From a virus (Duplodnaviria > Heunggongvirae > Uroviricota > Caudoviricetes), in IMG/VR virus record IMGVR_UViG_2693429768_000001, positions 1 to 64,000 of that record: a stretch of DNA of 64,000 nucleotides, one strand, 5' to 3'. The notes beneath the pieces were generated by a model. It had not been told where the DNA came from. It worked only from the letters and a program-made list of their open reading frames with translations, and searched no databases. Shown here piece after piece: positions 19,450 through 29,385 of this stretch. Within the stretch, counting starts at the first letter, position 1, and the number at the start of each line of letters is the position of its first letter. Both the position numbers and the translations under genes were made by a program.

Positions 19450-21039
19450 TTACTTAATAAGCAGCGGTACGCCCTGGATACGACGGGCTACGCCAGTCGG
19501 GCAGCAGGCCCAGACTGCTTCCCATTTATCGAATTCCGCCTGCGTAACTTTCAGCACATACGGTTCTGTACCGTCAGCATCAGGATCACGAGGAGCCACC
19601 AGAGCGCCGGAGGCGACAAAGCGATCTAAAAGTTTGGTCATCCCTTTAGTCAGACCAGCCGCAGTAATACCGTCCGGGCTATGCTTCATCTGTCGGGCTA
19701 ACTGGACAAAGAAACGGCTGATTGCATTCATCAGGGATGGGACGTGCTGGAAGTGCAGATAGTTATCCTGCGTGCAGCAAGTTAAAGCATCGTCGATGAT
19801 CATCTGGCCAGAGGTGCCAACAGATACTTTATTGAGACGGCCCTTGACCATTGCTTCTTCGTCCGGGGTATCTTCCGGATACAGCGGTTGAATTGACGCA
19901 CGAGCAATGACGGCACGTTCTTCACCAGCCGGTGAGTAATGCCAACCGCCGACATCAGAGTTTTTCTTGACGCCACGAGCTTTCGCCGCATACGCCGAGC
20001 CAGACAGACCGAAGACCACACGGGATTGGGTCCATTTGTCTTTGCAGGAGAACGGGAAGTGATAGACAGCACAGCTTACATAATCGGTACCAAGTAAACC
20101 GGTATCTTCAACAGCAGAGATCGCTTCCGTGTACGTCAATGTCGGTTTGACATCAAAGAAGCCATCAATCAGGCGATCTGCACAGATTTTACCTAATGCG
20201 GTGATAGCCGCATTGTCATAGCAGCCCAAGCCAAGAACAGCGGTGTACATGTACGGCGCATTGTTCAGCACTTTCACCGCACGCAGGTACGCAGCGGTTG
20301 AGATTTTCGACTGATCACCGTTGGTACCACCAGTGAACGCCAACGATTTTTTGTTTGTTACTTTCGCTGTAGAAATCAGCTCTTCATTAACAACCGCGCG
20401 CAGATATTTAGAACGGGCTTCCAGAGCCGTAGGCAGATAACACAAGCGGCCCATGTCATCTTTCGCTTCTTCCGCCAAAGACACAGTGTGTGTCTCCAGG
20501 GTCGTTACCACACCGAGCGAAGTCGTCTGGGTCAGTTTTAAGAGGAAGCGTTCATTACCCGCGCTGTCCGCTGTTGCCGTTTCGATGGTTAACTCACGGG
20601 TAGGTGAAATACACGGATCACCATCATCAACGTAGATAGCAAAGGCTTCGCCGCTATCAAGTTCAATTTCAGAACCATATGGCAACGCACTGTAAGCCGG
20701 TTCGCCTGATTCATCGAACATAATAATCGGGAACTTCGCATCATCCGGAACAGCACGGACAACATAACCAGACGTTTGCTGAATAGCTTCGTACACATGG
20801 CGAATTGGTTCGAACTGTGAGCCGGAGGACGGCTTCAGCGGTTCGCCGAGAACATCTTCGTAATTGGACTCAGTAACTGCAAGAACAGTAAACGGCTTGC
20901 CACGCGCAAATACGCCAATACCAGCCCACAAGCTGCTATTTAATGCAACACCGGTAGATAACGTCGCATCGGCATTGATCGGGCTAACAGCGACGCCGGA
21001 TGCATTACCTAATGACTGTTGAATTGAATATTGAGACAT
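19450..21039 (-). CDS. Contractile tail sheath protein, 529 aa
   Basis: Size and position typical of myovirus sheath; adjacent to capsid gene. Confidence 0.6.
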   Translation of the reverse strand: MSQYSIQQSLGNASGVAVSPINADATLSTGVALNSSLWAGIGVFARGKPFTVLAVTESNYEDVLGEPLKPSSGSQFEPIRHVYEAIQQTSGYVVRAVPDDAKFPIIMFDESGEPAYSALPYGSEIELDSGEAFAIYVDDGDPCISPTRELTIETATADSAGNERFLLKLTQTTSLGVVTTLETHTVSLAEEAKDDMGRLCYLPTALEARSKYLRAVVNEELISTAKVTNKKSLAFTGGTNGDQSKISTAAYLRAVKVLNNAPYMYTAVLGLGCYDNAAITALGKICADRLIDGFFDVKPTLTYTEAISAVEDTGLLGTDYVSCAVYHFPFSCKDKWTQSRVVFGLSGSAYAAKARGVKKNSDVGGWHYSPAGEERAVIARASIQPLYPEDTPDEEAMVKGRLNKVSVGTSGQMIIDDALTCCTQDNYLHFQHVPSLMNAISRFFVQLARQMKHSPDGITAAGLTKGMTKLLDRFVASGALVAPRDPDADGTEPYVLKVTQAEFDKWEAVWACCPTGVARRIQGVPLLIK

Positions 21040-21099
21040 AACTTTCCCTGTTATGCGCCCCGCACGGGGGCGCTATGTTAAACGGAGAACTTCCCCTGA

Positions 21100-22827
21100 T
21101 TACTCAGAGTCACCGGCATCAATCGTGTCGCCGCTTATAAAGTTAAGCCCGCCTTTTTTGGCCATTGTCAGCGTTACACGAGTGAAGTAATCAGCGCCGT
21201 TGCGTGGGTGCATATCGTTGATAGCCGAACCCCACAGCGTGGTACGGTTGACCAGCGCCGGAGTGGTCGGATGCTGGAACGGGATGGCCGGGACAGCATC
21301 ACCAGTCACGAAGCCTGCTTTACCCGGATTTTCATCACGGACGTAGCACAGCACATCCATCGAGCTGAACTGAATGTTCTCTGTCGTTAAGTTCTTACAA
21401 ATACCAGCAGGTACTTCGTACACTTTCACGTTACCGAACAGGGTACCGATGTAGTGAACATACGGAGTCTGGATATAGTCTTCGGCTGGCTGGAAGAAAT
21501 CCTTCGGCAACTGTTTGAAGAAAGATGCTGCATCAGCACCAGCAAACATCCCCATCGCACCAGAAGATTTAACGCGCTCAATAATGTCGCGATATACAGT
21601 CTGGAATTTGCCACGAATGATGGTTGCCCATACATCAAAGGACTGGTTAACCGGCAGAGCGATGTCAAAGGTGTCGGTCGCAAGAGTACGCCAGATCATG
21701 ATGCGGAGACGCAACATATCCTGTTCATGGGACAGGTATTCTTTCAGGGTGCGGAACTGTAGGGAACCCAGGTCCAGACCAAATTCACGCTGTGCTTCAT
21801 ACGCTGCCTGTACCGTGTGCTCAGCCGCGATAACGAACTGGCTTGGGAACAGGGTGTATTTCTTCATTTCGTGGTTGATCAGCGGGATCAGCTCAGGAGC
21901 GGCTTCAATATTGATTTCCGTCTCAATTGCGATCTCAGTGCCTTTATCCGGCGCTTTGGAGAACGACAGGGCAATCTGACCAATGTTGTAGTTCAGAGAG
22001 CAGGTAACAGTGATTTGCTCACCAGCAGCATTAGTAAACGAGTGAAGTAGGCTGCCGGAACCGTTATCAACAACAGACTTAATACGGTTAACGTAGATGT
22101 TAGTGCGACCTTTTCGGATTGGTACATTCTGGCCTTCGAAGTCTTCCATCTTGAAGGTTGCGGTTTTGCTGGTGCCATCGGAGCTTGCCACCAGCACATA
22201 GCGGCGGCGTAACTGGCTGTACACACCGACGGATTGCATGTCCAGAACATCACCAGCAGCATAAGAACCAAAAGAGGAACCTGCCACGTTAAAGACTTCA
22301 TAGATGTCGGACTGGTCACGCGTAACCGGAATGAAGGTACACGCATCAGCGGTAGCTGCCCCCAACTGAACAGGCAGGATCATCGCGAGGAATAAAGGCA
22401 GACGCATAACACCGTCAGAAACGCTCATCATCTCTGCTGCGACGGATTCCAGCATCGCTTTATTAGTGGCATCCATGCTATTGCGGGTGGACTCAATCAG
22501 GCAGTTTTCCAGCGTCTGGTGGCAGGAGGCCAGAATTTCCGGACGCGGCATAGATTTATGTGCTGCGGCGTAGTCAGCCAGTGCACTTGCCCACGCTGTA
22601 GCGATTTGAGCGGTGGCATTATCAGAGATACCCGCAAAAACCGGGTCTTTACGTGCAGCTTCAAGGATAGATGCGGCACGCGCGGCATCATCTTTAATGA
22701 ATTGGTTATCAGTACCGAACTGCGCAGTGCTTGCCCAGCCAAGCACAGCTTTAGAGCGTTTTGCGATATCTGCAATACGATTCTGGTATTCGCGTAAGTT
22801 ACTCAATTTACTCTTCCTTAAACACAA
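21100..22827 (-). CDS. Major capsid protein (P1 gene 23-like position), up to 575 aa
   Basis: ORF track start is TTG; true start uncertain (a TTG after RBS AAGGAAGAG or an internal ATG); last structural gene before parS. Confidence 0.6.
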   Translation of the reverse strand: MCLRKSKLSNLREYQNRIADIAKRSKAVLGWASTAQFGTDNQFIKDDAARAASILEAARKDPVFAGISDNATAQIATAWASALADYAAAHKSMPRPEILASCHQTLENCLIESTRNSMDATNKAMLESVAAEMMSVSDGVMRLPLFLAMILPVQLGAATADACTFIPVTRDQSDIYEVFNVAGSSFGSYAAGDVLDMQSVGVYSQLRRRYVLVASSDGTSKTATFKMEDFEGQNVPIRKGRTNIYVNRIKSVVDNGSGSLLHSFTNAAGEQITVTCSLNYNIGQIALSFSKAPDKGTEIAIETEINIEAAPELIPLINHEMKKYTLFPSQFVIAAEHTVQAAYEAQREFGLDLGSLQFRTLKEYLSHEQDMLRLRIMIWRTLATDTFDIALPVNQSFDVWATIIRGKFQTVYRDIIERVKSSGAMGMFAGADAASFFKQLPKDFFQPAEDYIQTPYVHYIGTLFGNVKVYEVPAGICKNLTTENIQFSSMDVLCYVRDENPGKAGFVTGDAVPAIPFQHPTTPALVNRTTLWGSAINDMHPRNGADYFTRVTLTMAKKGGLNFISGDTIDAGDSE

Positions 22828-22859
22828 GGCACTTGTGTGAATCCCTTTTCGGAAGAGAT

Positions 22860-23050
22860 TTTATTGAAAGTCACTTGTTGACTTTCTCGCTAAAAGTAAT
22901 TTTTTAAATTTTTTGTGCGGGGGAGGGGGGCAAGTAAAACAGGCGTGAAACCGTGGGAATTTCAGTCTGAAATTTTTCATGAATATCTATATATATCATA
23001 TATTTATACATGAAATAGACGCGGGACATTTTAGACAGGGGAGGGGGCTA
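22860..23050. promoter_or_regulatory. Partition centromere parS-like region
   Basis: Downstream of parB; palindromes GAAAGTCA-cttgt-TGACTTTC (22866-22886) and AATTTCAG-t-CTGAAATT (~22966-22982), AT-rich core, flanking GGGGAGGGGG tracts. Confidence 0.55.
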
Positions 23051-23072
23051 AAGCCGCCTCCCACCAGCGGGA

Positions 23073-24038
23073 TTATTCCCCAGCAGACATTTTCCCAATG
23101 ATTTTTTTTATTGCTTCGTCAATTTCAGTTTGCACTTCAGACGGGAGTCTGGAGAACTCGTAGGCGACAACCCGTTTTTTCGGATCGGACTTCTTTCGGG
23201 CATATTGGCGACGGTCAGAGAAGTCTCGCAGCTTCTCAACCACCACAGATTTAACCGGCGCGGGCTTCAGGCTTTTGCTTTCCGCTTTGAAGATAGCCAG
23301 TATCTTCGCTTTATCCTCTTTCGCGCCCTCAGTCTCTGCAATTCGTTCGCGCACCGTATCAACCAGCTCTTCAATCGGCACGCTTTTAGCGTTAGCATCC
23401 TCGGCGATCTGGAGCAGTAACTGGTAATCTGGAAGGGCGAGATCGCTGGCTACGGGGAAGACAGCAATCATCTCATCCGGCACCGCGGCAGCCTGGAAAG
23501 CTCGCGTCACTTTAGCCTTTGAAATGTTCTCAGCGCGGGCGATCTCTTCTTTGGTCATGCTCTTACCATACATAACCTCGAAGCGTTTACCCAGTTCGCG
23601 CAGGGTGTGTTCGCGGGCTGTCTGGATATCAATGGCCAGCTGGCGTGCATCCGCCAGGCTGATCTCATCTTTCGTCACCAGAATCTCAAATTTCGTTTCA
23701 TTGAAGATACACGCAGCGCGGCGACGTGATCCGTCCAATACCTCAATGCGCTCCCCAACCATACGACCGATAGCCGGGAAGAACTGTTGCAATTTAATGG
23801 TGCGGGAAATATCGCTTACCGACTCAGGTGTGAGCAGAGACTGATCGCGGCCGTTAACTGCCGGGTCAACGAACGTGCGCGACTCAATCTCACCACTCAG
23901 CACAACGGTAAGCAAAAATTTAGCCTGGCGGCCAGATTTTAGGGTAAAGGTTTTGGTGCCTTCACTGCCTTCAAGCATGCGAGCAAACTCGGAGCTATTC
24001 TTGCCCAGCACTCGTCCACGGGAAACTATTTTTTTCAT
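23073..24038 (-). CDS. parB: Partition protein ParB, 321 aa
   Basis: Downstream of and overlapping parA; P1/P7-type par operon organisation. Confidence 0.8.
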   Translation of the reverse strand: MKKIVSRGRVLGKNSSEFARMLEGSEGTKTFTLKSGRQAKFLLTVVLSGEIESRTFVDPAVNGRDQSLLTPESVSDISRTIKLQQFFPAIGRMVGERIEVLDGSRRRAACIFNETKFEILVTKDEISLADARQLAIDIQTAREHTLRELGKRFEVMYGKSMTKEEIARAENISKAKVTRAFQAAAVPDEMIAVFPVASDLALPDYQLLLQIAEDANAKSVPIEELVDTVRERIAETEGAKEDKAKILAIFKAESKSLKPAPVKSVVVEKLRDFSDRRQYARKKSDPKKRVVAYEFSRLPSEVQTEIDEAIKKIIGKMSAGE

Positions 24039-25246
24039 GCCGCCTCACCCCTAACAAACTCAATTCGATCAAACACAGCCTTAGTGAAACGCTCGGCCTC
24101 GGTTCGTGCCTTCTTCAGCGCCTCTGCACTGCCTGGATACGATTGCGGGTTGGCACTGATTACGGTGTCGAAAGACTCGCCGCATCGCTCAAATCCATCC
24201 AGACGAGGCAGAGAAGAGTCCAGAATGTTGCTGGCGTAAACCTCACGCGCAAGGCTGTGTGATGTCTCGTGATCGCGCTTGCCGGTCATCTTCGACATAA
24301 AACCAATGCTGGCGCTTAAACGCGGTTCTACGCCTTCCTCCTCCAGTTGCTCCAGCATTTCTGGCAGACGGGTGAGATATTTCAGTGTTGAGTGGAAGTC
24401 AACCTGGGCTGGTGGGGTAGGGGTAAGCAGCAAATCGCTGGCCGCCAGACCGTTGAGCAGGAACGGATCCAGGTGTGGACCGGTATCAATAAAGATAAAG
24501 TCATAATCATCCGCAACACGATCAATGATATTGCGTCGAAGGATTTCGTACTGATTTTGTCCGGGAAGATGCTCTTCAACCAGCTCTTTCCATTGGCTGG
24601 CAACAAAGCCATCGTCGATAGAGGCTGGAATCACGTCTACGCCAGGAACGATGGTCGGACGAATCACCTCTTTGCGTAGCGTCTCCGCGTCCAGGTCGTT
24701 CAGCATCGCCTGCGCGGCGGTTTCCAGGATGGAACCAATACTGTGAGTATGGTCGAGGAACATTGTGCTGGATGCCTGAGGGTCAAGGTCAATTACCAGA
24801 ATGCGCAGATCGTGACGCAGTAAATCCTGATGCACACGCAGAGCGTGCGCCAACGTGACTGTGGAAACCGTTTTGGATACGCCACCCTTCAGGTTTACGA
24901 CAAAAATAACGTAAGGCGATTTGTGAATGTCGCGATATTTTGGGATCTTACGGTGGGCATAGATATCAATGACGTTCTGGATGGTCAGCGCGTACTGTTC
25001 AACGTTACCGACCTGTTTCTTGTTGAACTGGTACCCATCATCTTCCATCTCTTTGATGGCCTGCTCCACAATGCGGCGGCTCAGCTTCGGCAACTTTGCC
25101 ACAGCGTTACGAGTGAACGTCTGATAATACTCGGTCTGATTGAACTCTTTGCGCTGATCTTCAATATCCTGACTCATGGCCTTAAGTAATGCGCTTGCAC
25201 GAAGAGCTATGGTGCCGACACCGCCGTAATCGCGTTTCATCATCAT
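24035..25246 (-). CDS. parA: Partition ATPase ParA (type Ia, Walker A KGGVSKT), 403 aa
   Basis: Walker A motif read in the translation; precedes parB; follows incA iterons. Confidence 0.85.
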   Translation of the reverse strand: MMMKRDYGGVGTIALRASALLKAMSQDIEDQRKEFNQTEYYQTFTRNAVAKLPKLSRRIVEQAIKEMEDDGYQFNKKQVGNVEQYALTIQNVIDIYAHRKIPKYRDIHKSPYVIFVVNLKGGVSKTVSTVTLAHALRVHQDLLRHDLRILVIDLDPQASSTMFLDHTHSIGSILETAAQAMLNDLDAETLRKEVIRPTIVPGVDVIPASIDDGFVASQWKELVEEHLPGQNQYEILRRNIIDRVADDYDFIFIDTGPHLDPFLLNGLAASDLLLTPTPPAQVDFHSTLKYLTRLPEMLEQLEEEGVEPRLSASIGFMSKMTGKRDHETSHSLAREVYASNILDSSLPRLDGFERCGESFDTVISANPQSYPGSAEALKKARTEAERFTKAVFDRIEFVRGEAA

Positions 25247-25354
25247 CTCCTTATCATTACGTATGAGTGAATTGTACGTTTGATTCTGCTACGTGCAACT
25301 TATTTTGATTCGTGCGTAAATTATTGCACGTAAAGAAATGGCGATGAGGCTATT

Positions 25355-25640
25355 AGATGTGTGCTGGAGGGATGATGCAGGACCAGAATGTGCGATAGAG
25401 GGAAGTCGCATTGAATTATGTGTTGTGGAGGGATCGCTGGTATCAAATATGTGCGCTGAAGGGAAAGATAGAAGATTAGATGTGCGCTGGAGGGAAACTT
25501 GGATGGTTAGATGTGTGCTGGAGGGAATGTCTGGGCAAACTGCGTGGCGCAACCCTCCAGCGCACACCAAAAACAGGAAAATGGGCAGGCATTCCCGGCA
25601 GCGCACATTTTTCAAATGCAGCTGCCCTCCAGCACACACT
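25355..25640. repeat. incA iteron array (about 9 RepA-binding iterons, core TGTGCTGGAGGG, mixed orientation)
   Basis: Copies at ~25359, 25389, 25417, 25449, 25479, 25510 forward and ~25553, 25599, 25625 reverse. Confidence 0.8.
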
Positions 25641-26500
25641 TATTCGGGAAGTTTCAGCTTTGGATTGCGAGAATGGACGATTACAAAACTTTCCCGGCCT
25701 TTCTTCTCAATTGAACAGTCGAGATAGCCGATTGTTTTAAGCTGTTCTATCGCTTTCTTAATGATACGGTTTTGCTCGCCAACAGCTGACTGCAAAGCCA
25801 GGCGCTCACGGATTCGCGCGAACGATAGCGGCAACGGGTTCTGCGGAAGGCTTTCGATGAAAGTGTAAATGGCTTGTGCAGCTTCTTTCTTCGGAAGGGC
25901 ACGCAAGGCGTGGTGTTGCAACAGAACGCGATAATCAAGCTGGAACAGCTCCCAGAGCTTCGAATCGGCCTCCAGCTCTATCAGATCAAGATCAGCATCA
26001 AAACGCCCGACCTTCAGAAGACCAGTCTGATAGCCGCCTTTAGCATCTTTTCCGCGCTTAAAAGCGATACCCTTGTTACGCAAGCGTCCAAGTGATTCAT
26101 GAATGGTTAAACGCAGTTTCGCATCCAGACGTTTTGAGGGGAAACCACAGGCTTTAGCGAATTCCTGAAACGATAACTGGATGGTGTTTGAGGACAAGCC
26201 GTATTTGCTGAACGCGTAGATGACACCGATCCACGTTTTGAAATCAGTATCCATATCGAGTCGAGGACCGGTGATTTTAATATCATCGTAACCCTCGGCT
26301 TTAGCTATCTCCAGCTGGGAAAACGCTTTGGTGGCATCAATCTCTTTACTTTCTCCTTTGCTCTTTGATGGCTTCGGAACGAATACCCCCAAGCGCATCA
26401 ATGCTACAGGCTGGACAGTGTTGTTTGAATTAACTGTTAGTTCTTTTGCCTTACTTTCAATGTCTGCGTAAAGAATATCGGAGATAAATGATTGATTCAT
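25640..26500 (-). CDS. repA: Plasmid replication initiator RepA, 286 aa
   Basis: ATG 26500; flanked by iteron arrays on both sides; size equals recalled P1 RepA. Confidence 0.9.
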   Translation of the reverse strand: MNQSFISDILYADIESKAKELTVNSNNTVQPVALMRLGVFVPKPSKSKGESKEIDATKAFSQLEIAKAEGYDDIKITGPRLDMDTDFKTWIGVIYAFSKYGLSSNTIQLSFQEFAKACGFPSKRLDAKLRLTIHESLGRLRNKGIAFKRGKDAKGGYQTGLLKVGRFDADLDLIELEADSKLWELFQLDYRVLLQHHALRALPKKEAAQAIYTFIESLPQNPLPLSFARIRERLALQSAVGEQNRIIKKAIEQLKTIGYLDCSIEKKGRESFVIVHSRNPKLKLPE

Positions 26501-26559
26501 ATTACTTTTTCCGAATTGTGTGGATAGTTTTTATAAGTGGTGATAACTACCCAGGCTTT

Positions 26560-26660
26560 CCCGTCAGCACACATCCTATATCCCGCCAGCACACATTAGC
26601 AACCCGTCAGCACACATTTTTATCCCTCCAGCACACATCGTTTTCCCTCCAGCACACATC
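26560..26660. repeat. incC iteron array (5 direct iterons CCC(g/t)(t/c)CAGCACACAT(c/t)) upstream of repA
   Basis: Five evenly spaced copies at 26560, 26582, 26604, 26624, 26645. Confidence 0.85.
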
Positions 26661-26699
26661 GCGATACACTTCTAAGCCAGACGTGGCGCGGCCTGCAAC

Positions 26700-26780
26700 G
26701 ATCAGGGATCTATATGGATCTAATTGGGATCTGTATGGACCTAATTATTGGATCTACCCAGTGGATAATGTGGATAAGTG
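26700..26780. other. Plasmid origin oriR core: five GATC sites plus two tandem DnaA boxes
   Basis: GATC at 26700, 26707, 26719, 26729, 26751; AGTGGATAA and TGTGGATAA at 26759-26777; adjacent to incC. Confidence 0.75.
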
Positions 26781-26817
26781 AAAAACCGGCCAACATAGCC
26801 GGTTGGAAGGAAGGGTA

Positions 26818-27210
26818 TTATTCTACGCTTTCGATAAGAAGACCATGTTCATAGCATTTAAGCTCATCGCCTTCATACAGGAACTGGTATCCAATACCAC
26901 CATATTCAGGCACATTAGGGAATAACTCATCACTTACCGAAGAACAAATCACACCAATGCAGCGATCAACGCCTTCTCGTTCTTCAGTGCTGAAAAAATC
27001 CTCTTCGGTAAGAACATGAGTGCATTGCTCATCAGCATAGGTCGGAAATACATGCTCGATGCAATCCGGGTGTTTTAAACCAAGCTGATCGGCAAGCTCG
27101 AAAGCATGACGGTATTGTTCAGATCCTGGCTTGCCAACAGTGATTTGCTCAATTTTGTAGATTGAAGTCGCTTTGTTGATAGTTTGCTTTACTGTTACTT
27201 TATCAGACAT
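26818..27210 (-). CDS. Hypothetical protein, 130 aa
   Basis: ORF track; hairpin plus T-run terminator just downstream (~26778-26800, minus). Confidence 0.45.
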   Translation of the reverse strand: MSDKVTVKQTINKATSIYKIEQITVGKPGSEQYRHAFELADQLGLKHPDCIEHVFPTYADEQCTHVLTEEDFFSTEEREGVDRCIGVICSSVSDELFPNVPEYGGIGYQFLYEGDELKCYEHGLLIESVE

Positions 27211-27221
27211 AAAAATCCCTT

Positions 27222-27554
27222 TTAGTTACCGCTGATAGCGCGGTTGTAATCATTAACGTTGCGATTCTTCCTGTTAATCCCCATCAGCATCGTTTCTGTA
27301 TCAAGGATATAGGCTGGCAGATCATCAAAATATTCACTGCTAAACTCTGGCATCCTGCACATAAATGCACTTTTGGGGGCAGGGTGATTAACCTTTGTCG
27401 GCGTCGGCGTTAAATTCGCTGATCGACTCCCGGAGCAACCGCTGAGTGTCAACAGGAATGCGCTGGCGAACACTACCCGACGCAACCAGTTGTTTCTGAA
27501 CTTCAGCTTTTCGTTCCATTTGTCTGTCTGCATACTTCGCTTGTTCTGATTCAT
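27222..27554 (-). CDS. Proline-rich lipoprotein, o-spanin (Rz1)-like, overlapping the 3' end of the upstream gene
   Basis: Lipobox LTLSGC then SANLTPTPTKVNHPAPK; overlapped architecture with 27388..27810; real start may be internal. Confidence 0.45.
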   Translation of the reverse strand: MNQNKRSMQTDKWNEKLKFRNNWLRRVVFASAFLLTLSGCSGSRSANLTPTPTKVNHPAPKSAFMCRMPEFSSEYFDDLPAYILDTETMLMGINRKNRNVNDYNRAISGN

Positions 27555-27810
27555 TTTTCACTTCCTGGCTGTGAAAATGTTGATCCGCTTTATTCATCGT
27601 CTCAATGGTCTGGTTAAGATCAATGATTGACTTATCGCGCTCCTTAACAGCCTGATCAAGGCTGCCAATTTTTTCCAAGGCTTGCTTTAACTGATAACGT
27701 TCCCATGCAAACCCAGCACCAACAAGTACGCAAATCAGGACAAGAACACCAGTAACAGCAAGTTTCTCCTTCAAAGACAAAGCTGTTTTTAACGTTGAAA
27801 AAAACGACAT
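27388..27810 (-). CDS. Membrane-anchored coiled-coil protein, i-spanin (Rz)-like, 140 aa
   Basis: N-terminal TM helix LAVTGVLVLICVLVGAGFAW then charged coiled coil; overlaps the lipoprotein gene. Confidence 0.45.
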   Translation of the reverse strand: MSFFSTLKTALSLKEKLAVTGVLVLICVLVGAGFAWERYQLKQALEKIGSLDQAVKERDKSIIDLNQTIETMNKADQHFHSQEVKNESEQAKYADRQMERKAEVQKQLVASGSVRQRIPVDTQRLLRESISEFNADADKG

Positions 27811-27849
27811 TTCTTCCTCCTGAAGAAAAATTATCTGTGAAGTCCTTTG

Positions 27850-28638
27850 TTAAAGTGTCGCCTTGTTTAATTCATCAAGAACAGAATCAGGAACCAAAGC
27901 TGCGACTGCGCTGGCGGTGCTGGCCTTATTTGCTGATGCTTCCGCCAGCGCGGTTCCGATAGCATGGTTATAAGCAGTTATGGCTACGCTGGCGCTTTCC
28001 TTCGCTCGTTCATACTGCTGTTGCAATGCTGCTACCGGTACTGTTGTCTGGTCGAAAAAAGCACCAAATTGTTCAGTAGCTTCCTTCAGTGCTTCAACTT
28101 GTTGTTCTGTCAGTGCTGGTGGGGGAGTCACTGCGCCGCCACCTGAATCAGAGCCTAACGAGCTTCCTGAGCCTGTGTTAAGGGTCTGGTTAATGTCCCC
28201 CATAGCAGCGACTAAACTCGACGCATTAAGCGCATTTACAGCGTCCTCAAGCGATTTCGTTGTAGTCGCGTCACCAATGGCAATAGAGATCGGCAGTTCT
28301 GAAACTTCTCGCTCATTAGCACGACAGTAAACATCCCAACCAATATCGAGTTGAAGGAGCATTGACAGATCAGCATAACCAGCCAACAGGTCCGCGTGCT
28401 GAGTTGCCAGTTCTCCAATGTTCGTTAAGCCGGTTGTGGTTGTTCTGATCGTTGAAACATAGCTGGTAATAGTGTCGGGATAGACAATTGTATCCAGAAT
28501 TAATCCGGTCAATTCTTCTGCAAGCAGTTTTGCTGTGTTAGCACTGTTTCGTGCCGATGTTATGGCACCAGGTGTTTTCATCCCACCGGCGGCGGCCAAT
28601 TTTTTATATGCGGATAACTGGTAGTCTTTTTCCAGCAT
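27850..28638 (-). CDS. Hypothetical protein, 262 aa
   Basis: Start moved to ATG 28638 (RBS AGGAGA) to remove overlap with the PAAR-like gene. Confidence 0.45.
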   Translation of the reverse strand: MLEKDYQLSAYKKLAAAGGMKTPGAITSARNSANTAKLLAEELTGLILDTIVYPDTITSYVSTIRTTTTGLTNIGELATQHADLLAGYADLSMLLQLDIGWDVYCRANEREVSELPISIAIGDATTTKSLEDAVNALNASSLVAAMGDINQTLNTGSGSSLGSDSGGGAVTPPPALTEQQVEALKEATEQFGAFFDQTTVPVAALQQQYERAKESASVAITAYNHAIGTALAEASANKASTASAVAALVPDSVLDELNKATL

Positions 28639-28646
28639 GATATCTC

Positions 28647-28931
28647 CTAACTTACCTGAACCAGGCCGTCTCCGGACGCTACGGTAGATCCGCATGAAAC
28701 AGGGTCACCAACGCATACGATCCCTTTACCATTGACGGTAAACCATGCCCTGGTTGATATAGCTTGCCCACCGTGCGTACTGTTTCCATCGGTATGCTGT
28801 GCATATTGCTTACCATCAACTAACACTTCGACTCCGTTGACTTTAAGTAGTGGTTCACTCTCTACAGGAGGCCTGGATGGGAATCCTCCGTGCCCCGAAC
28901 AAATGCTGTCTTTTGTTGCAATACTTGCCAC
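28647..28931 (-). CDS. PAAR-like spike-tip protein, 94 aa
   Basis: GTG start; Gly/Val-rich with SGHGG, GNSTHGG, GDPVSCGS motifs typical of PAAR repeats. Confidence 0.5.
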   Translation of the reverse strand: MASIATKDSICSGHGGFPSRPPVESEPLLKVNGVEVLVDGKQYAQHTDGNSTHGGQAISTRAWFTVNGKGIVCVGDPVSCGSTVASGDGLVQVS

Positions 28932-29012
28932 GCCATCACCAATTATTTGCTCTGATTTTCGTTATTTTAACTTAAGTTATTTGTGGGCTGTATGGCGTTT
29001 ACTTATTACAAA

Positions 29013-29029
29013 ATTGCTCTAATAAATAT
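29013..29029 (+). promoter_or_regulatory. C1-operator-like site ATTGCTCTAATAAATAT
   Basis: Read directly; upstream of the hrdC-dmt operon. Confidence 0.65.
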
Positions 29030-29100
29030 TGTTTTTTGTGTCGTATTTTCGGTACCATTCAGCCATCGCCCTTCAATGGGCATTTGTTTGGAGTCGTCAG

Positions 29101-29385
29101 ATGCAGATGGAGCTAATAAGCCGCAAAGAGTTCGATAGCCGTGTAACCAGCGGTGAACTCGACAACTTGCAGGCTATCAAGGTGAAAGAAGGCTTTTGCC
29201 TCATTGGGAATCAGAGCGGAACAAATCGCGTTTTTATGCTTCGCCGTACGGATTTGAAGCCATTTGTCTGGAAGAACGAAATTGGTCCCAGCTCATACGC
29301 TCAAACGAGGGGGTGCCACAACCTGGCCTTTTTCTACAAAGACGAGCTTTCTGTGGTTGATATTCAAGGGTTACAACATGTTTAA
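29101..29385 (+). CDS. Small protein upstream of hrdC, 94 aa
   Basis: Start moved to ATG 29101 (RBS GGAG); overlaps the hrdC start. Confidence 0.45.
   Translation: MQMELISRKEFDSRVTSGELDNLQAIKVKEGFCLIGNQSGTNRVFMLRRTDLKPFVWKNEIGPSSYAQTRGCHNLAFFYKDELSVVDIQGLQHV

Noticed and set aside
25355-26660. Short repeated sequences that superficially resemble a CRISPR array
   Set aside because: They are 19-bp RepA iterons in two arrays flanking repA, with mixed orientation and irregular spacing, no uniform spacers and no cas genes.
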